Shown here: positions 1 through 9,495 of the stretch, in pieces
Layout of the letters: each line of letters begins with the position of its first letter
Position numbering within the stretch: position 1 is the stretch's first letter
Origin: an uncultured cyanobacterium
Lineage (GTDB): Bacteria; Cyanobacteriota; Cyanobacteriia; PCC-9006; JAAUQQ01
Assembly (NCBI GenBank): GCA_963718615.1
Contig: OY970368.1
Span: forward strand, 3,392,001-3,456,000
DNA length: 64,000 bases
Reading direction: 5' to 3'
Notes under the pieces: generated by a model
Databases searched by the model: none
Seen by the model: the letters and a program-made list of their open reading frames with translations, nothing else
Told to the model about the DNA's origin: nothing
Position numbers and translations under genes: made by a program

Positions 1-872
1 TCGATCTGATGAAAAACATGCAGGTTCCACTTCAAGCACTTGAAGAGGAATGGCTGTATGATCCCGAAATGATCTATGAGAATCTCGAAAAGAATGTCAA
101 GAGTGACGCTATCTTCTTGGTTGATCCTAACAATCCATCTGGATTTACGCTATATCAGCAAGGAATAGTCGGTTGGCAAGAGCTAATCCGGTTTGCGAAA
201 GAAAACAAAAAGTTGCTGATTTTTGACTTTTGCTTTGCAGCTTTCATGCTGAATAACAAAAATCTACAGCTCTTCGACATTTATGAAATGTTGGAGACTT
301 CTGGTGTAAGCTATATTGCGATGGAGGATACGGGTAAGACTTGGCCGCTACAAGATGCTAAGGTTGCTATGCTTAAAAGCAGTGCTGATCTTTACGCGGA
401 TATCTACAATCTTTATACTGCTTATCTTCTGAACGTATCACCTTTTATACTGAATATCGTAACTCAGTATATTCTTGATTCTGAAAAAGATAAATTTGCA
501 TCAGTGCACGGTTTGCTGAGCCGCAATCGTGCGATCGCTGAAGGAATTCTCAAAGATTCTATTTTAGAACCAATGACTCCTTTGGTGAATGTTAGTGTGA
601 TGTGGTGTCGAATCAACAGTGAACAGATTCAATCTAGTCAGCTCAAGACTTACTTGACAGAATTTGACATTCACATTTTACCTGGAACTTTCTTTTTCTG
701 GAATTCACCCCAGCGCGGCGAACGCTTTATTCGCTTGGCTTTAGCGCGTAATACTGAAACTTTCGAACCTGCCGTACGAGCCCTTCGAGATGCTGTTGAC
801 CAATACGAAGTTTTCCTCTCCGCTCAGAAAACTCAGCGGGATTTATGCTCCCCTAGTAACGCCCTTTTATAA
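1..872 (+). CDS. PLP-dependent fold-type I enzyme, RohP/Ind4/MppP-like O2-dependent L-arginine oxidase (5' end outside window)
   Basis: Frame is open to the window edge. Motifs LVDPNNPSGF, IFDFCFAAF, AMEDTGKTWPLQDAK (PLP lysine), LLNVSPFIL and HILPGTFFFW..RLALARN match my recollection of the RohP/Ind4 arginine oxidases rather than ordinary aminotransferases. Confidence 0.8.
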   Translation, partial: DLMKNMQVPLQALEEEWLYDPEMIYENLEKNVKSDAIFLVDPNNPSGFTLYQQGIVGWQELIRFAKENKKLLIFDFCFAAFMLNNKNLQLFDIYEMLETSGVSYIAMEDTGKTWPLQDAKVAMLKSSADLYADIYNLYTAYLLNVSPFILNIVTQYILDSEKDKFASVHGLLSRNRAIAEGILKDSILEPMTPLVNVSVMWCRINSEQIQSSQLKTYLTEFDIHILPGTFFFWNSPQRGERFIRLALARNTETFEPAVRALRDAVDQYEVFLSAQKTQRDLCSPSNALL

Positions 873-1644
873 GGGACAGTTTGATCAAGACTCACTCTAT
901 CGCCTGATGGATACGATTGAGCCCTTTGCAGAGGGATTTGTACCCTGTTTGAGTTCTGGCGAAGGTCAGTTTCTTTCCCTCTCAACTTGGCAGAATGTTA
1001 TCCAGGCAACGCGTCAATATACTCAGAAGGTAGTTATTGCGGGGATCAAACGTGAAACTCTACAAGAGACAATAGCGTTAGGTAAACTGGCACAACAGTT
1101 GGGTTGTGATGCCATTATTGTGCCGGTACCTGTCTCAGATGATAGGGTTACCGTTGGTTACTTCAATCAAATTACCGCTGCGATCGCCCTACCCATTGTT
1201 ATCTATAATACGGAAAGCCATTCTATTCAATCACTAGATGGTTTAAGGCAACTGGAGAGCTTACCTCAAATCATTGCTATTAAGGATTCTTCCATGAATG
1301 AAGAATTTTTTAAGCTCCTTTGTAATTTGAGAACTCAAGCGCAGCTCCGTCTTTCGGTTCTACAGGGATTTGAACATCTTTTGCAAGTCCCCCCTGGTTG
1401 TGATGGCTATCTCATTGCCTTGGCAAATCTTGAACCAGAGCTTTGCCATCGAATGTTGCTTGAAAATTCTGATGTGATCAATAGTGAAATTCTAGATTGC
1501 TTTTGGCGTTATAACCTGGGTGCTGATTGGTTTGTGAGTATGAAGGCAATTTTGATGGCTCGCCAAGTCATTCGCTCTGCGGAACAAGTTAATCTAATGG
1601 TTCAACCCGATCTTAAATCGGTTCCTAATTTGGCGATCGCATAG
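790..1644 (+). CDS. DapA/N-acetylneuraminate-lyase family class I aldolase (RohR-like candidate)
   Basis: GIYAPLVTPF N-terminus, LSSGEG in place of GTTGE, IVIYN, and Schiff-base lysine in AIKDSS. Overlaps the upstream ORF by 83 nt. Confidence 0.8.
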   Translation: MLLTNTKFSSPLRKLSGIYAPLVTPFYKGQFDQDSLYRLMDTIEPFAEGFVPCLSSGEGQFLSLSTWQNVIQATRQYTQKVVIAGIKRETLQETIALGKLAQQLGCDAIIVPVPVSDDRVTVGYFNQITAAIALPIVIYNTESHSIQSLDGLRQLESLPQIIAIKDSSMNEEFFKLLCNLRTQAQLRLSVLQGFEHLLQVPPGCDGYLIALANLEPELCHRMLLENSDVINSEILDCFWRYNLGADWFVSMKAILMARQVIRSAEQVNLMVQPDLKSVPNLAIA

Positions 1645-1716
1645 CCATCATCAAGCTTAACTAAGCATGCTTCCATCATTCCAATGATCGAGTGGATAAA
1701 AACAAGTTAACTGATT

Positions 1717-1750
1717 GCCTGCGATTTTTTTTATGAGTTGCAGGCTTTTT
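1717..1750 (+). terminator. Putative intrinsic terminator after the aldolase gene
   Basis: GCCTGCGA...TTGCAGGC stem followed by TTTTT. Confidence 0.5.
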
Positions 1751-1956
1751 CGATATTTAATTTGATCAATAACCCAATGCTGTGTAATTTACTTAAGCTT
1801 GAATGTTTTCAAATAAATTTGAAATTTTAGGCTACTTAGTCTGATATTGCTTTTGTTTTATTCATAAAAAGTTCGGATTGTATCTATGAACTAGGAAGAT
1901 GGAAATAGAGATGGCTATCACGGTTATTTCTTGCTTATCTTCATTGCTTTATTTCT

Positions 1957-2457
1957 ATGTTGGGCTGGATCTTCTTGGCTTTTGCAGTTTGTTTGGATGT
2001 TCTGGGCACATTTGCTGCAAAATATGCGAATGGGTTTACAACACTGATTCCATCACTCATTACTATTGGGGCCTATTGTTTATCATTTACAGCGTTGACC
2101 TTTTCGATCAAAACACTCGATGTCAGCGTGGCTTATCCGGTTTGGACTGGCTCTGCAATCTTTTTAGTGGCTGTTTTAGGGGCTGTATTCTTCCACGAAA
2201 CGGTCAATTTCTTTAAAGTCTTTTCAACACTTTTGGTCGTCTTTGGCATCGTTGGCTTAGTGGTTAGTAGCCAGCCCGATGCAGCGGCTTGTCCGCCGGA
2301 GGTAGAACAAACTCAGCACCTACTCCAGAGCAGTAATCGCCCAAGGCTGTCCATGTCTCCTGTCTTTCATCGATTAGGCACACCTGTACTCTATGCAACT
2401 GTTAAGGGATACTCTGCCAACGTCATTCGTTTAAAGCCAGAGTTTTCTGAAAACTAA
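1957..2457 (+). CDS. SMR (EmrE/Qac/Gdx-like) small multidrug resistance transporter with C-terminal extension
   Basis: Four hydrophobic segments; motifs W..L..A...DV.GT...K...GF, VAYPVWTG, FFHE and GIVGL. About 60 extra C-terminal residues. Confidence 0.85.
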   Translation: MLGWIFLAFAVCLDVLGTFAAKYANGFTTLIPSLITIGAYCLSFTALTFSIKTLDVSVAYPVWTGSAIFLVAVLGAVFFHETVNFFKVFSTLLVVFGIVGLVVSSQPDAAACPPEVEQTQHLLQSSNRPRLSMSPVFHRLGTPVLYATVKGYSANVIRLKPEFSEN

Positions 2458-2495
2458 GGATGGCAACGCAATCTCGTGCTTAGGTTGCCATCCTT
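2456..2495. terminator. Hairpin between the convergent SMR gene and pepA
   Basis: Perfect 12-bp inverted repeat AAGGATGGCAAC / GTTGCCATCCTT with a 16-nt loop. Confidence 0.6.
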
Positions 2496-2516
2496 GAGAG
2501 ACTCAACAGGAAATTT

Positions 2517-2551
2517 TAAGACAAGAATTCTAAGACAAGAATTCTAAGACA
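2517..2551. repeat. 14-bp tandem repeat (TAAGACAAGAATTC, 2.5 copies)
   Basis: Read directly from the sequence. Confidence 0.9.
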
Positions 2552-2558
2552 GAAACTC

Positions 2559-4049
2559 CTAGGACAATACCCAGTTGACTAGCGTCCGAACCCCATAACC
2601 AGTTGCTCCAGCCGGACTGTAACCATGCTCTTTGTCAGCCCAGACGGGTCCTGCAACGTCGAGATGTGCCCAAGCGGAGGTTTCTTTGACAAATTCCCGT
2701 AGGAATAAAGCCGCAGTGATCGACCCCCCTGCCCGTGGACCTGTGTTTTTCATGTCAGCGATCGGGGATTTGATGCCTTCAAAATACCGATCTTCTAGGG
2801 GCATTTGCCAAAGTTTTTCACCCGCCAAATCCGCTGCTGCCTTGAGGGAAGTTGCAAGATCATCATCAATGCTCCAGAGCCCCGCAATGTCATTGCCCAA
2901 GGCCACGACACAGGCTCCTGTCAAGGTTGCTAGGTCAACGATCGCATCCACTCCCAGCTGATCAGCATAGACCAAAGCATCTGCTAGCGTGAGCCGTCCT
3001 TCTGCGTCGGTGTTGTTCACTTCAATGGTTTTGCCGTTGGACGCGGTCAGAATGTCGCCGGGGCGCATGGCATGACCACTAATCATATTCTCCGTCACAG
3101 CGCTGATAAAATGAACCTCCACATCGGGTTTAAGTTGGGCGATCGCCTTAGCCGCACCCAGCGTCGCAGCCGCTCCCCCCATATCCATTTTCATCGTCTC
3201 AATACCACTCCCCGGCCCCTTGAGATTGAGTCCTCCGGAATCAAAAGTTAATCCTTTGCCGACGATCGCCAGCTTTTTGCGCGGGGACCCCTCGGGACGA
3301 TAGATCAAATGAATAAACTTAGGGGGTAAATCAGACGCCTGGGCAACGCCCAGGAATGCGCCCATACCTCGGGCCTCACAAGCCTCTTTTTCTAATATTT
3401 CCAAGCTTAAGCCATAATCATTGGCCAGTTGCTGAGCAATGTCTGCCATGGCCGGGGGATCAATCCGGTTCGGTGGTGCCGCGACCAACTGCCTTGCTAA
3501 AACTACACCGGAAACAATTTTTTCGGCTTGGGCGATCGCCGCCTCTTGCTGGTCCAGATCGAGTAAGCTTACTCTCTGAATTTCCGAAGGATTCTCATCG
3601 TCTGGTTTCGACTTAAAGCGATGATCTTCGTACAGTGCTAACAAGACCCCTTCCACCAAAGCTTGCGTGGTGGCTGCCGGATCGCCGCTCCAGCAAGGCA
3701 AACTCAATGCCAACGTCTGGCACCGCTGTTTTTGAGCCGCCTTGGCGGCGGTGGCCGCTGCGCGTCGCAGACCCTCCAGCGTCAACGTTTCTGAGGCCCC
3801 TAAGCCCACCAGGATGAGCTTTTTAACGGGACTGTCCCGCCCGACCCGTAGAACCGTACTGCTATTGCTTTTGCCTGTGAACTTGGCATCAGCGATCGCA
3901 TCCGAAAGAGCGCCCTCCAAGCGCTCATCCAACGCGCTCCAATTGCTTGAAACCGTCCCATCCTCTTGAATATCCGTCTCGCAGAGCCCCAACGCTAGGG
4001 CATCACCGGTCCAACTCAACGCGGAAGTAGAAGTTGCTTGAAAATCCAT
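2559..4049 (-). CDS. pepA: Leucyl aminopeptidase (M17)
   Basis: [40 protein letters not shown]. Confidence 0.97.
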   Translation of the reverse strand: MDFQATSTSALSWTGDALALGLCETDIQEDGTVSSNWSALDERLEGALSDAIADAKFTGKSNSSTVLRVGRDSPVKKLILVGLGASETLTLEGLRRAAATAAKAAQKQRCQTLALSLPCWSGDPAATTQALVEGVLLALYEDHRFKSKPDDENPSEIQRVSLLDLDQQEAAIAQAEKIVSGVVLARQLVAAPPNRIDPPAMADIAQQLANDYGLSLEILEKEACEARGMGAFLGVAQASDLPPKFIHLIYRPEGSPRKKLAIVGKGLTFDSGGLNLKGPGSGIETMKMDMGGAAATLGAAKAIAQLKPDVEVHFISAVTENMISGHAMRPGDILTASNGKTIEVNNTDAEGRLTLADALVYADQLGVDAIVDLATLTGACVVALGNDIAGLWSIDDDLATSLKAAADLAGEKLWQMPLEDRYFEGIKSPIADMKNTGPRAGGSITAALFLREFVKETSAWAHLDVAGPVWADKEHGYSPAGATGYGVRTLVNWVLS

Positions 4050-4231
4050 GCTTGCTATTATCTTCGAAATCCTACTGATCTTGCTATCCTTCAGTCTGCC
4101 GTGATACCCGCATTCCCGGCAATCCTCTTCTCCAGATTCTCCCAGGGATTTGTGAAATAAGGCCCTGTCAAGGGCACGTTTGCCTCCGTGGGTGAGCGCT
4201 TAAAAATCGGCTAGCATCAGCCATATCATGC

Positions 4232-5776
4232 ATGGCTGGGAAATGGAGCCTCATATCAATGGAGATTGTTGCTGGGTTCGGGTTGCGCTCAGAGACTGCG
4301 TTAGGTGTTTTCTCAGACCCCCAGGGGATTGAATCCTGGGAGGGGATTGGGGTCGGGCTCGGAATGCTGGCTGGGACTGGGGCTGGGATTGGAATTGGAA
4401 TTGGAATTGGAGCAGAGACGCCACGAGAGGAGTTGGAGCGGTTGAGCGGGGCGATCGCCCAAGACTCGATCACCCTGGATCCCACCCAGGAATCGCTCAC
4501 GTTTTGGCCTAGTCACGACACCAATAATACGCTCACCACAGCCCAATCCTTAGGAATCTTAGAAGACTCGATTGTTCTCCAAGGCAGCCTGGGAGAAGCC
4601 GAATTTTTAGGACTGGATACCCAGGATTATTTCCAATTTCAAATTGAAGAGCCATCGCGCATTAACTTGACCTTGGACTATCTGAGTGCCGATGCCGATT
4701 TAGAGATTTTGGATGCTCAAGGCAATGTATTGCTTCAATCTAACCGTTGGGGAACCGCGACAGAGGCCATTACCTATCGGGTTGAGCAGACTGGGTTCTA
4801 CTATGCGCGAGTGATTTGGGAAGCACCTCAAACCTTTCCACTGACGTTGCCCGCAACGGATTACGAATTGCGTTTGGTGTCGCTGGAGAGCGATTTGCAG
4901 GTGGGCGATCGCACCTATCCCGATGGCGTTAGTTTCTGGCGTTACGATGCCCAAGGCCAAATTGAACAGGGGGTGGGTAATGAGGCGATCGCTACCAACC
5001 AAAATACAATCCTGGTTATCCATGGCAATAATCCCGATGGCCGGAGCCTCCGCGAAGACACCCAAATTGAGTCCCTCGCCAAGCAGGCAGCGACGGCCTA
5101 TCCTGCCTATCAAGTGCTAGCGCTAGACTGGAAAAAACCTGCGGCCAACGGCAAGGACTTGGTCCCGCTGGAATCGGCTCAGGCCATTCAGCCTGTGGCA
5201 CTGTGGGCCAAGGCTACGTTAGAATCTTTAGGATTAAGTGCCGATCAAATCAGTATATTTGGCCATAGTTTAGGCTCCTATGTGGGGGCCGAAATTGGCC
5301 GCTTGTTGAACCAAGTAAATGCATTAGTGGCCTTGGATCCAGCCTTTCCCGCCCAAAACTATGACATCAATGGCAATGAGCCAGGACAGCAAAAGATTAC
5401 GAATTTCAACTTGGCAGCTACGCGATCGATCGCCTTTGTGGCCTCCGATGAACGGGGTGGAATTGCTGGGGACAATAACCAAGCGGCAACGGCCCAGGCT
5501 TCGTTTATTGTGCAGTTTGAAGATCCCCGCTGGTTTGCCTTTACGGCTTTGGAGTATCACGGGGGCGTAGTTGAAGTATTTTCCAGCTTGCTACAACAGG
5601 ATCAGTTGATGTTTTCTGGCTATAGCAACAATTGGTTTGGTAATCGGGGCGGGCGCTATCGCAATCCCCGTGCAACGGCCCATGAAGGGGTTATTGTGGC
5701 CCATGAAGTCGATGGTGTTTGGCAGGCGGATCAATGGGGATTTGTGCCGGGGGATGGGGCGATCGCCTGGGTCTAG
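4232..5776 (+). CDS. PPC (pre-peptidase C-terminal) domain + alpha/beta-hydrolase lipase-like protein; start uncertain
   Basis: PPC-like DYFQF..LSADADLEILD..GFYYARV segment; VIHG oxyanion motif, ALDW, GHSLG nucleophile elbow, ALDPA. Confidence 0.75.
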   Translation: MAGKWSLISMEIVAGFGLRSETALGVFSDPQGIESWEGIGVGLGMLAGTGAGIGIGIGIGAETPREELERLSGAIAQDSITLDPTQESLTFWPSHDTNNTLTTAQSLGILEDSIVLQGSLGEAEFLGLDTQDYFQFQIEEPSRINLTLDYLSADADLEILDAQGNVLLQSNRWGTATEAITYRVEQTGFYYARVIWEAPQTFPLTLPATDYELRLVSLESDLQVGDRTYPDGVSFWRYDAQGQIEQGVGNEAIATNQNTILVIHGNNPDGRSLREDTQIESLAKQAATAYPAYQVLALDWKKPAANGKDLVPLESAQAIQPVALWAKATLESLGLSADQISIFGHSLGSYVGAEIGRLLNQVNALVALDPAFPAQNYDINGNEPGQQKITNFNLAATRSIAFVASDERGGIAGDNNQAATAQASFIVQFEDPRWFAFTALEYHGGVVEVFSSLLQQDQLMFSGYSNNWFGNRGGRYRNPRATAHEGVIVAHEVDGVWQADQWGFVPGDGAIAWV

Positions 5777-5910
5777 CCCTCAGGAAAACGATGAAGCGCT
5801 TTCCATTGACTCTCTGGCAGTAAATGTCAAAAATCGCTTTGCGATCGACAAATGAGTCCTATTGAATGGCAAACCTTTCTTCTTCCTTTCCCGAGTCGCG
5901 CGACCTGCTT

Positions 5911-7578
5911 TTAGAACCCCAGATCAGCCTTAGCGGCGGCGGCGGCTTCGAGCAAGTCCGCTGTGGCCATGGTGTCCCAGTCCATCGCCCCAATATCCCG
6001 ATAAAATTGCGAATCATAGGCTCGGGTTTGCACGACCACGGGCATGGGCACAGCATGACCCAAAAGCAACGCCTGTTGTTTAGAATCCAGTTTTGACAGA
6101 ACCGATCGCAAACTCTGTCCTCCTGAAACCCCGGTAAAAATCGCTTCGATATCCTTATCATCATTGAGCAACGCCGTAATTCTGGTGCCTACCTGGGACA
6201 TCACCTCCGGATCAATCCCCGAAGGGCGTTGGTCTACCACCAGCAGTGTGACAAAATACTTGCGCATTTCGCGAGCGATCGTCCCGAAAATCGTCTGACG
6301 CACCGTGGCTGAATCTAAAAATCGGTGGGCTTCTTCAATGGTAATAACCAGTTGCCGGGGGCGATCGCTCGGGTTCTTCGACTGCAAAAAACGATCGGCT
6401 TTGCGCACATAGGCTTCATGAATCCGGCGAGAAATGAGATTCGTGGCCAGCATATAGGACAACATATTCGACTGGGAACCAAACTCGATGACCACATGCT
6501 TCCCGGCCTCTAAAGCATCTAAAATTTGGCCAATATAGTTGCGCTTGCAGGAGTTTTGAATATATTTGAGATCATCCAATCGGGTGAGCTTGCGCTGCAA
6601 CGCCATAATCGACGCCTTACTGCCCATTTTGACTTCACAAAATTCCTGAATTTCGCCATTGGTCATCGTCAGTAACCGCTGAATCCAGGACTTGCCAAAC
6701 TCATTGCGCAGGATAATCGCATTTTCCAAACTCGCATCGGATAGGTTGAGCTCCTGGCGCACGAGGGCTAAATCCTCCACCGAAATCTGGTCATAGCCGA
6801 TATACAACTCTTGGGCATCGCGGACGCCACGTCGCTGGGTGGATTCCGGATCTAGGGTGTAGATTTGTACCTGATCTGGAAACAGTTGGCGCAGCCCCTT
6901 AACCATGGCAACCCGATGGCGATCGCCCCCTTCACTCGTGGCCTCCCAGCCATACTCCGAGTGCATATCAAAAATCAAATTCACCGCCGCCTGTTTGCGA
7001 ATAATTCCTGAAAGCAAGAGTCGGGTTAGAAACGATTTGCCCGTGCCGGATTTACCAAAAATCCCGTTGCTGCGCTCGACAAAACGGTCAAGATCCAAAC
7101 AAATCGGCACATCCATATCAATCGGACGACCCACGGCAAAATTGCAGCGATGGGGGTCATCTTCCCAGCCAAAGACGGCTCGAAAATCGCGTTCGCTCGC
7201 CTCATAAACCTGACTAAAATGGCTCGGAATTGTTTTCACCGGCAGCAGTTCTAGCTCCTGATCCCCCAGCGCCATGCCATCCTTGGGCGTAAACATCAGC
7301 ATCGGAGCCAGCTCCGCCATCCCGTAGGTTGCAGACCCGGCCAACACCTCCTGCAAAAACAGATTAGCCGGGTCCGGCGGATCCGCTAAAATTCTCGGAC
7401 TGCTGGTGCCTAAACTAACATCCGTGAGCATACAAAAAAAACGCGATCGCCGCCCCTGCACCACCAAAAACTTTCCCACCCGCAACTCTTCCACCGAGAT
7501 ATCCGGGTTGAGGCGAATCTCTAACCCTTTGCTCAGCGAACCTTGTACGACAACGCCAAGGGGGTAATCCAAATACAT
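5911..7578 (-). CDS. HerA-like (DUF87) ATPase with N-terminal HAS barrel
   Basis: LGVVVQGSL N-terminus, Walker A GKSGTGKS, FDMHSEYG, IEEAHRF, IAREMRKY, DQRPS. Start set at the ATG at 7578. Confidence 0.9.
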   Translation of the reverse strand: MYLDYPLGVVVQGSLSKGLEIRLNPDISVEELRVGKFLVVQGRRSRFFCMLTDVSLGTSSPRILADPPDPANLFLQEVLAGSATYGMAELAPMLMFTPKDGMALGDQELELLPVKTIPSHFSQVYEASERDFRAVFGWEDDPHRCNFAVGRPIDMDVPICLDLDRFVERSNGIFGKSGTGKSFLTRLLLSGIIRKQAAVNLIFDMHSEYGWEATSEGGDRHRVAMVKGLRQLFPDQVQIYTLDPESTQRRGVRDAQELYIGYDQISVEDLALVRQELNLSDASLENAIILRNEFGKSWIQRLLTMTNGEIQEFCEVKMGSKASIMALQRKLTRLDDLKYIQNSCKRNYIGQILDALEAGKHVVIEFGSQSNMLSYMLATNLISRRIHEAYVRKADRFLQSKNPSDRPRQLVITIEEAHRFLDSATVRQTIFGTIAREMRKYFVTLLVVDQRPSGIDPEVMSQVGTRITALLNDDKDIEAIFTGVSGGQSLRSVLSKLDSKQQALLLGHAVPMPVVVQTRAYDSQFYRDIGAMDWDTMATADLLEAAAAAKADLGF

Positions 7579-7685
7579 GGCGATCGGAGATAAACAGGAT
7601 AGGGCGCTATTTCTCAAGCGCTGTTTCCGAGTATAGAACAGGAATAGAAAAAATGTTCTATGGGAAATACTTCAGGGTTCAGGAC

Positions 7686-9464
7686 TTACCGCATTGGTTT
7701 AGGGTAGTTCATCCGCAGCTCAGTGATCGGGGGCGTACTATCCGGTAAGGTTTTAGCCTTTTGGTAGGCCAACCGATTGGGGGAAATCTGCCAGCGATCG
7801 ACCAGATACTGGCGAATGGCTCTATAACGCTGGATGGCGATCGCCTCCGGTTCCTGACGTTCCACATTGATTTCACAGATCGTTTGCAGCTGGGGATGGT
7901 CTTGCAATAACGTGCCTAAGCGATCGAGCGCCGTCTTACTCTCCTCGGAAAGCTCCACGCCATCTAGGTCAAACGTTAGCCGTCCGGCGATCGCCGGAAT
8001 TCGCTCAAACCGAACCTGGGCTTCGGGAAATTGCAGTCGTCGCAGCAACTCTTCCGTTAGCAGCAGTCGGGCATCGGGGTCAATCGCGCGGGGACTGAGA
8101 TAAACCAACGCCACGGTCAGCGGTTGTGCTGGACTGGTGATCACGTCATAGCGCAACAGTTGAGCGGGTTCCGGCAAACTCAAACCACTCAACGCCGTTT
8201 CCACAGCATTCAGCAACTGCTGCTGACTTTCAGTCACAGAGGGCAAGGTCTCAACCACGGGTTCCGGCGGAGCCTGAATGGTGCGTTGGATCAGCTCATT
8301 GGAGGTGGTAGGAATTTCAATCAATTGCAGCAGCACCGACTCTGAGGGACGGCGTAGTCGCTCGGCAACCTGCTGGGTAAAGACCGCTTTTTCCTCCGGT
8401 GAATAGTCTCGACTGGTAAACACCGTCATTTGCAAAATCAGTTGCTTCGGTTCAATTTGGGTTGAAAGCTGACTCAAATAGGCCCGAGGCTCACCATTGG
8501 CCGTGTTGGCAAAGCTATTCTGCCAAATGTCAGTGGCTACTCTGCGCACCTGATTGTTTTCCTGGCGGGCCAAAATATCCTTTTGTAACCGTCCGAGGGA
8601 CTGGTACAGCGGCACGAGCAAAATCACGAGGGGCAGCGCGATCGCCAAAAAGCGACTGGGCAAACTTCCCACAATCCGCAGCCGCCCCGACGCGGGAATC
8701 CGTCGCAAAAACGACAGCATCCAGCGGCTTTGGTCATCCCGCAAATGGATTTCCTTGATTTCTTTCTTCACCTCTGGCGTAGCAATATGCAAAATCGAAA
8801 ACACCACCATGGCCATAAACGTAATCGCAGCCAAATTGGTGACAAATAATAAAGCCCCCCCTCGGGCGATCGGCCAGCCTTCCACCGGATTAATGCTGAG
8901 GGCAAAGCCCAGCCCATACCCTGTGACACAGAGGGGCGGCATCAGGGCGACGGCGATCGCCACCCCTGGAATTGAAGTCACTACGCCCTTAGGCTCCTTG
9001 CAAGTGGCCACCGAGCCCAGTGCTCCGGAAAATAGCGCAATGACCAAATCCAACGCATTGGGTTGCGTCCGCGCCAAAATTTCAGCGGTTTGTTCCTTAA
9101 ACGGCATTACCGCAATCAGCAGCATGGCAAACAGCACTGCCACAACACAGCTTGCGGCCAAACTGGCGATCGCCCGCAGGGCCAAGACCACATCCCCCGC
9201 CGCAAAGGCCATACCGTTGGCCAAAATCGGCCCCATCAGCGGTGAAATCAGCATCGCCCCGATAATCACCGCCGGACTGTTGAGCAATAATCCCAGCGTG
9301 GCAATCCCCGCCGCAAACAACACCTGCAGCCAGTAGCTCACATCTGTCAGCGTCACCGATTGGATCAGGTCTGTATAGAGCTCTGCTTTGCGGACGGGGG
9401 TAATGCCGAGATTGTGGGTGAGGCGATCGCGCCAATCCCTCGGCGATTGAGATTTGAGTGTCAT
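7686..9464 (-). CDS. DUF389 membrane protein with C-terminal soluble region ending in a degenerate OmpA-C-like domain
   Basis: NSPAVIIGAMLISPLMGPI, EILART.P, PGVAIAVALMPPL; C-terminal LTFDLDGVELSEESKTALDRLGTLLQDHPQ...RAIRQYLVDRWQISPNRL. Confidence 0.8.
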   Translation of the reverse strand: MTLKSQSPRDWRDRLTHNLGITPVRKAELYTDLIQSVTLTDVSYWLQVLFAAGIATLGLLLNSPAVIIGAMLISPLMGPILANGMAFAAGDVVLALRAIASLAASCVVAVLFAMLLIAVMPFKEQTAEILARTQPNALDLVIALFSGALGSVATCKEPKGVVTSIPGVAIAVALMPPLCVTGYGLGFALSINPVEGWPIARGGALLFVTNLAAITFMAMVVFSILHIATPEVKKEIKEIHLRDDQSRWMLSFLRRIPASGRLRIVGSLPSRFLAIALPLVILLVPLYQSLGRLQKDILARQENNQVRRVATDIWQNSFANTANGEPRAYLSQLSTQIEPKQLILQMTVFTSRDYSPEEKAVFTQQVAERLRRPSESVLLQLIEIPTTSNELIQRTIQAPPEPVVETLPSVTESQQQLLNAVETALSGLSLPEPAQLLRYDVITSPAQPLTVALVYLSPRAIDPDARLLLTEELLRRLQFPEAQVRFERIPAIAGRLTFDLDGVELSEESKTALDRLGTLLQDHPQLQTICEINVERQEPEAIAIQRYRAIRQYLVDRWQISPNRLAYQKAKTLPDSTPPITELRMNYPKPMR

Positions 9465-9495
9465 TTTTCAGGATCCTTATAGTGTCATGCTCCTG

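Noticed and set aside
1650-1956. Guanidine riboswitch upstream of the SMR gene
   Set aside because: No ykkC, mini-ykkC (ACGR hairpins) or ykkC-III consensus recognisable.
5911-7578. HerA as part of an anti-phage system
   Set aside because: No adjacent Sir2, nuclease or NurA gene; it looks like the conserved housekeeping cyanobacterial HerA-like protein.
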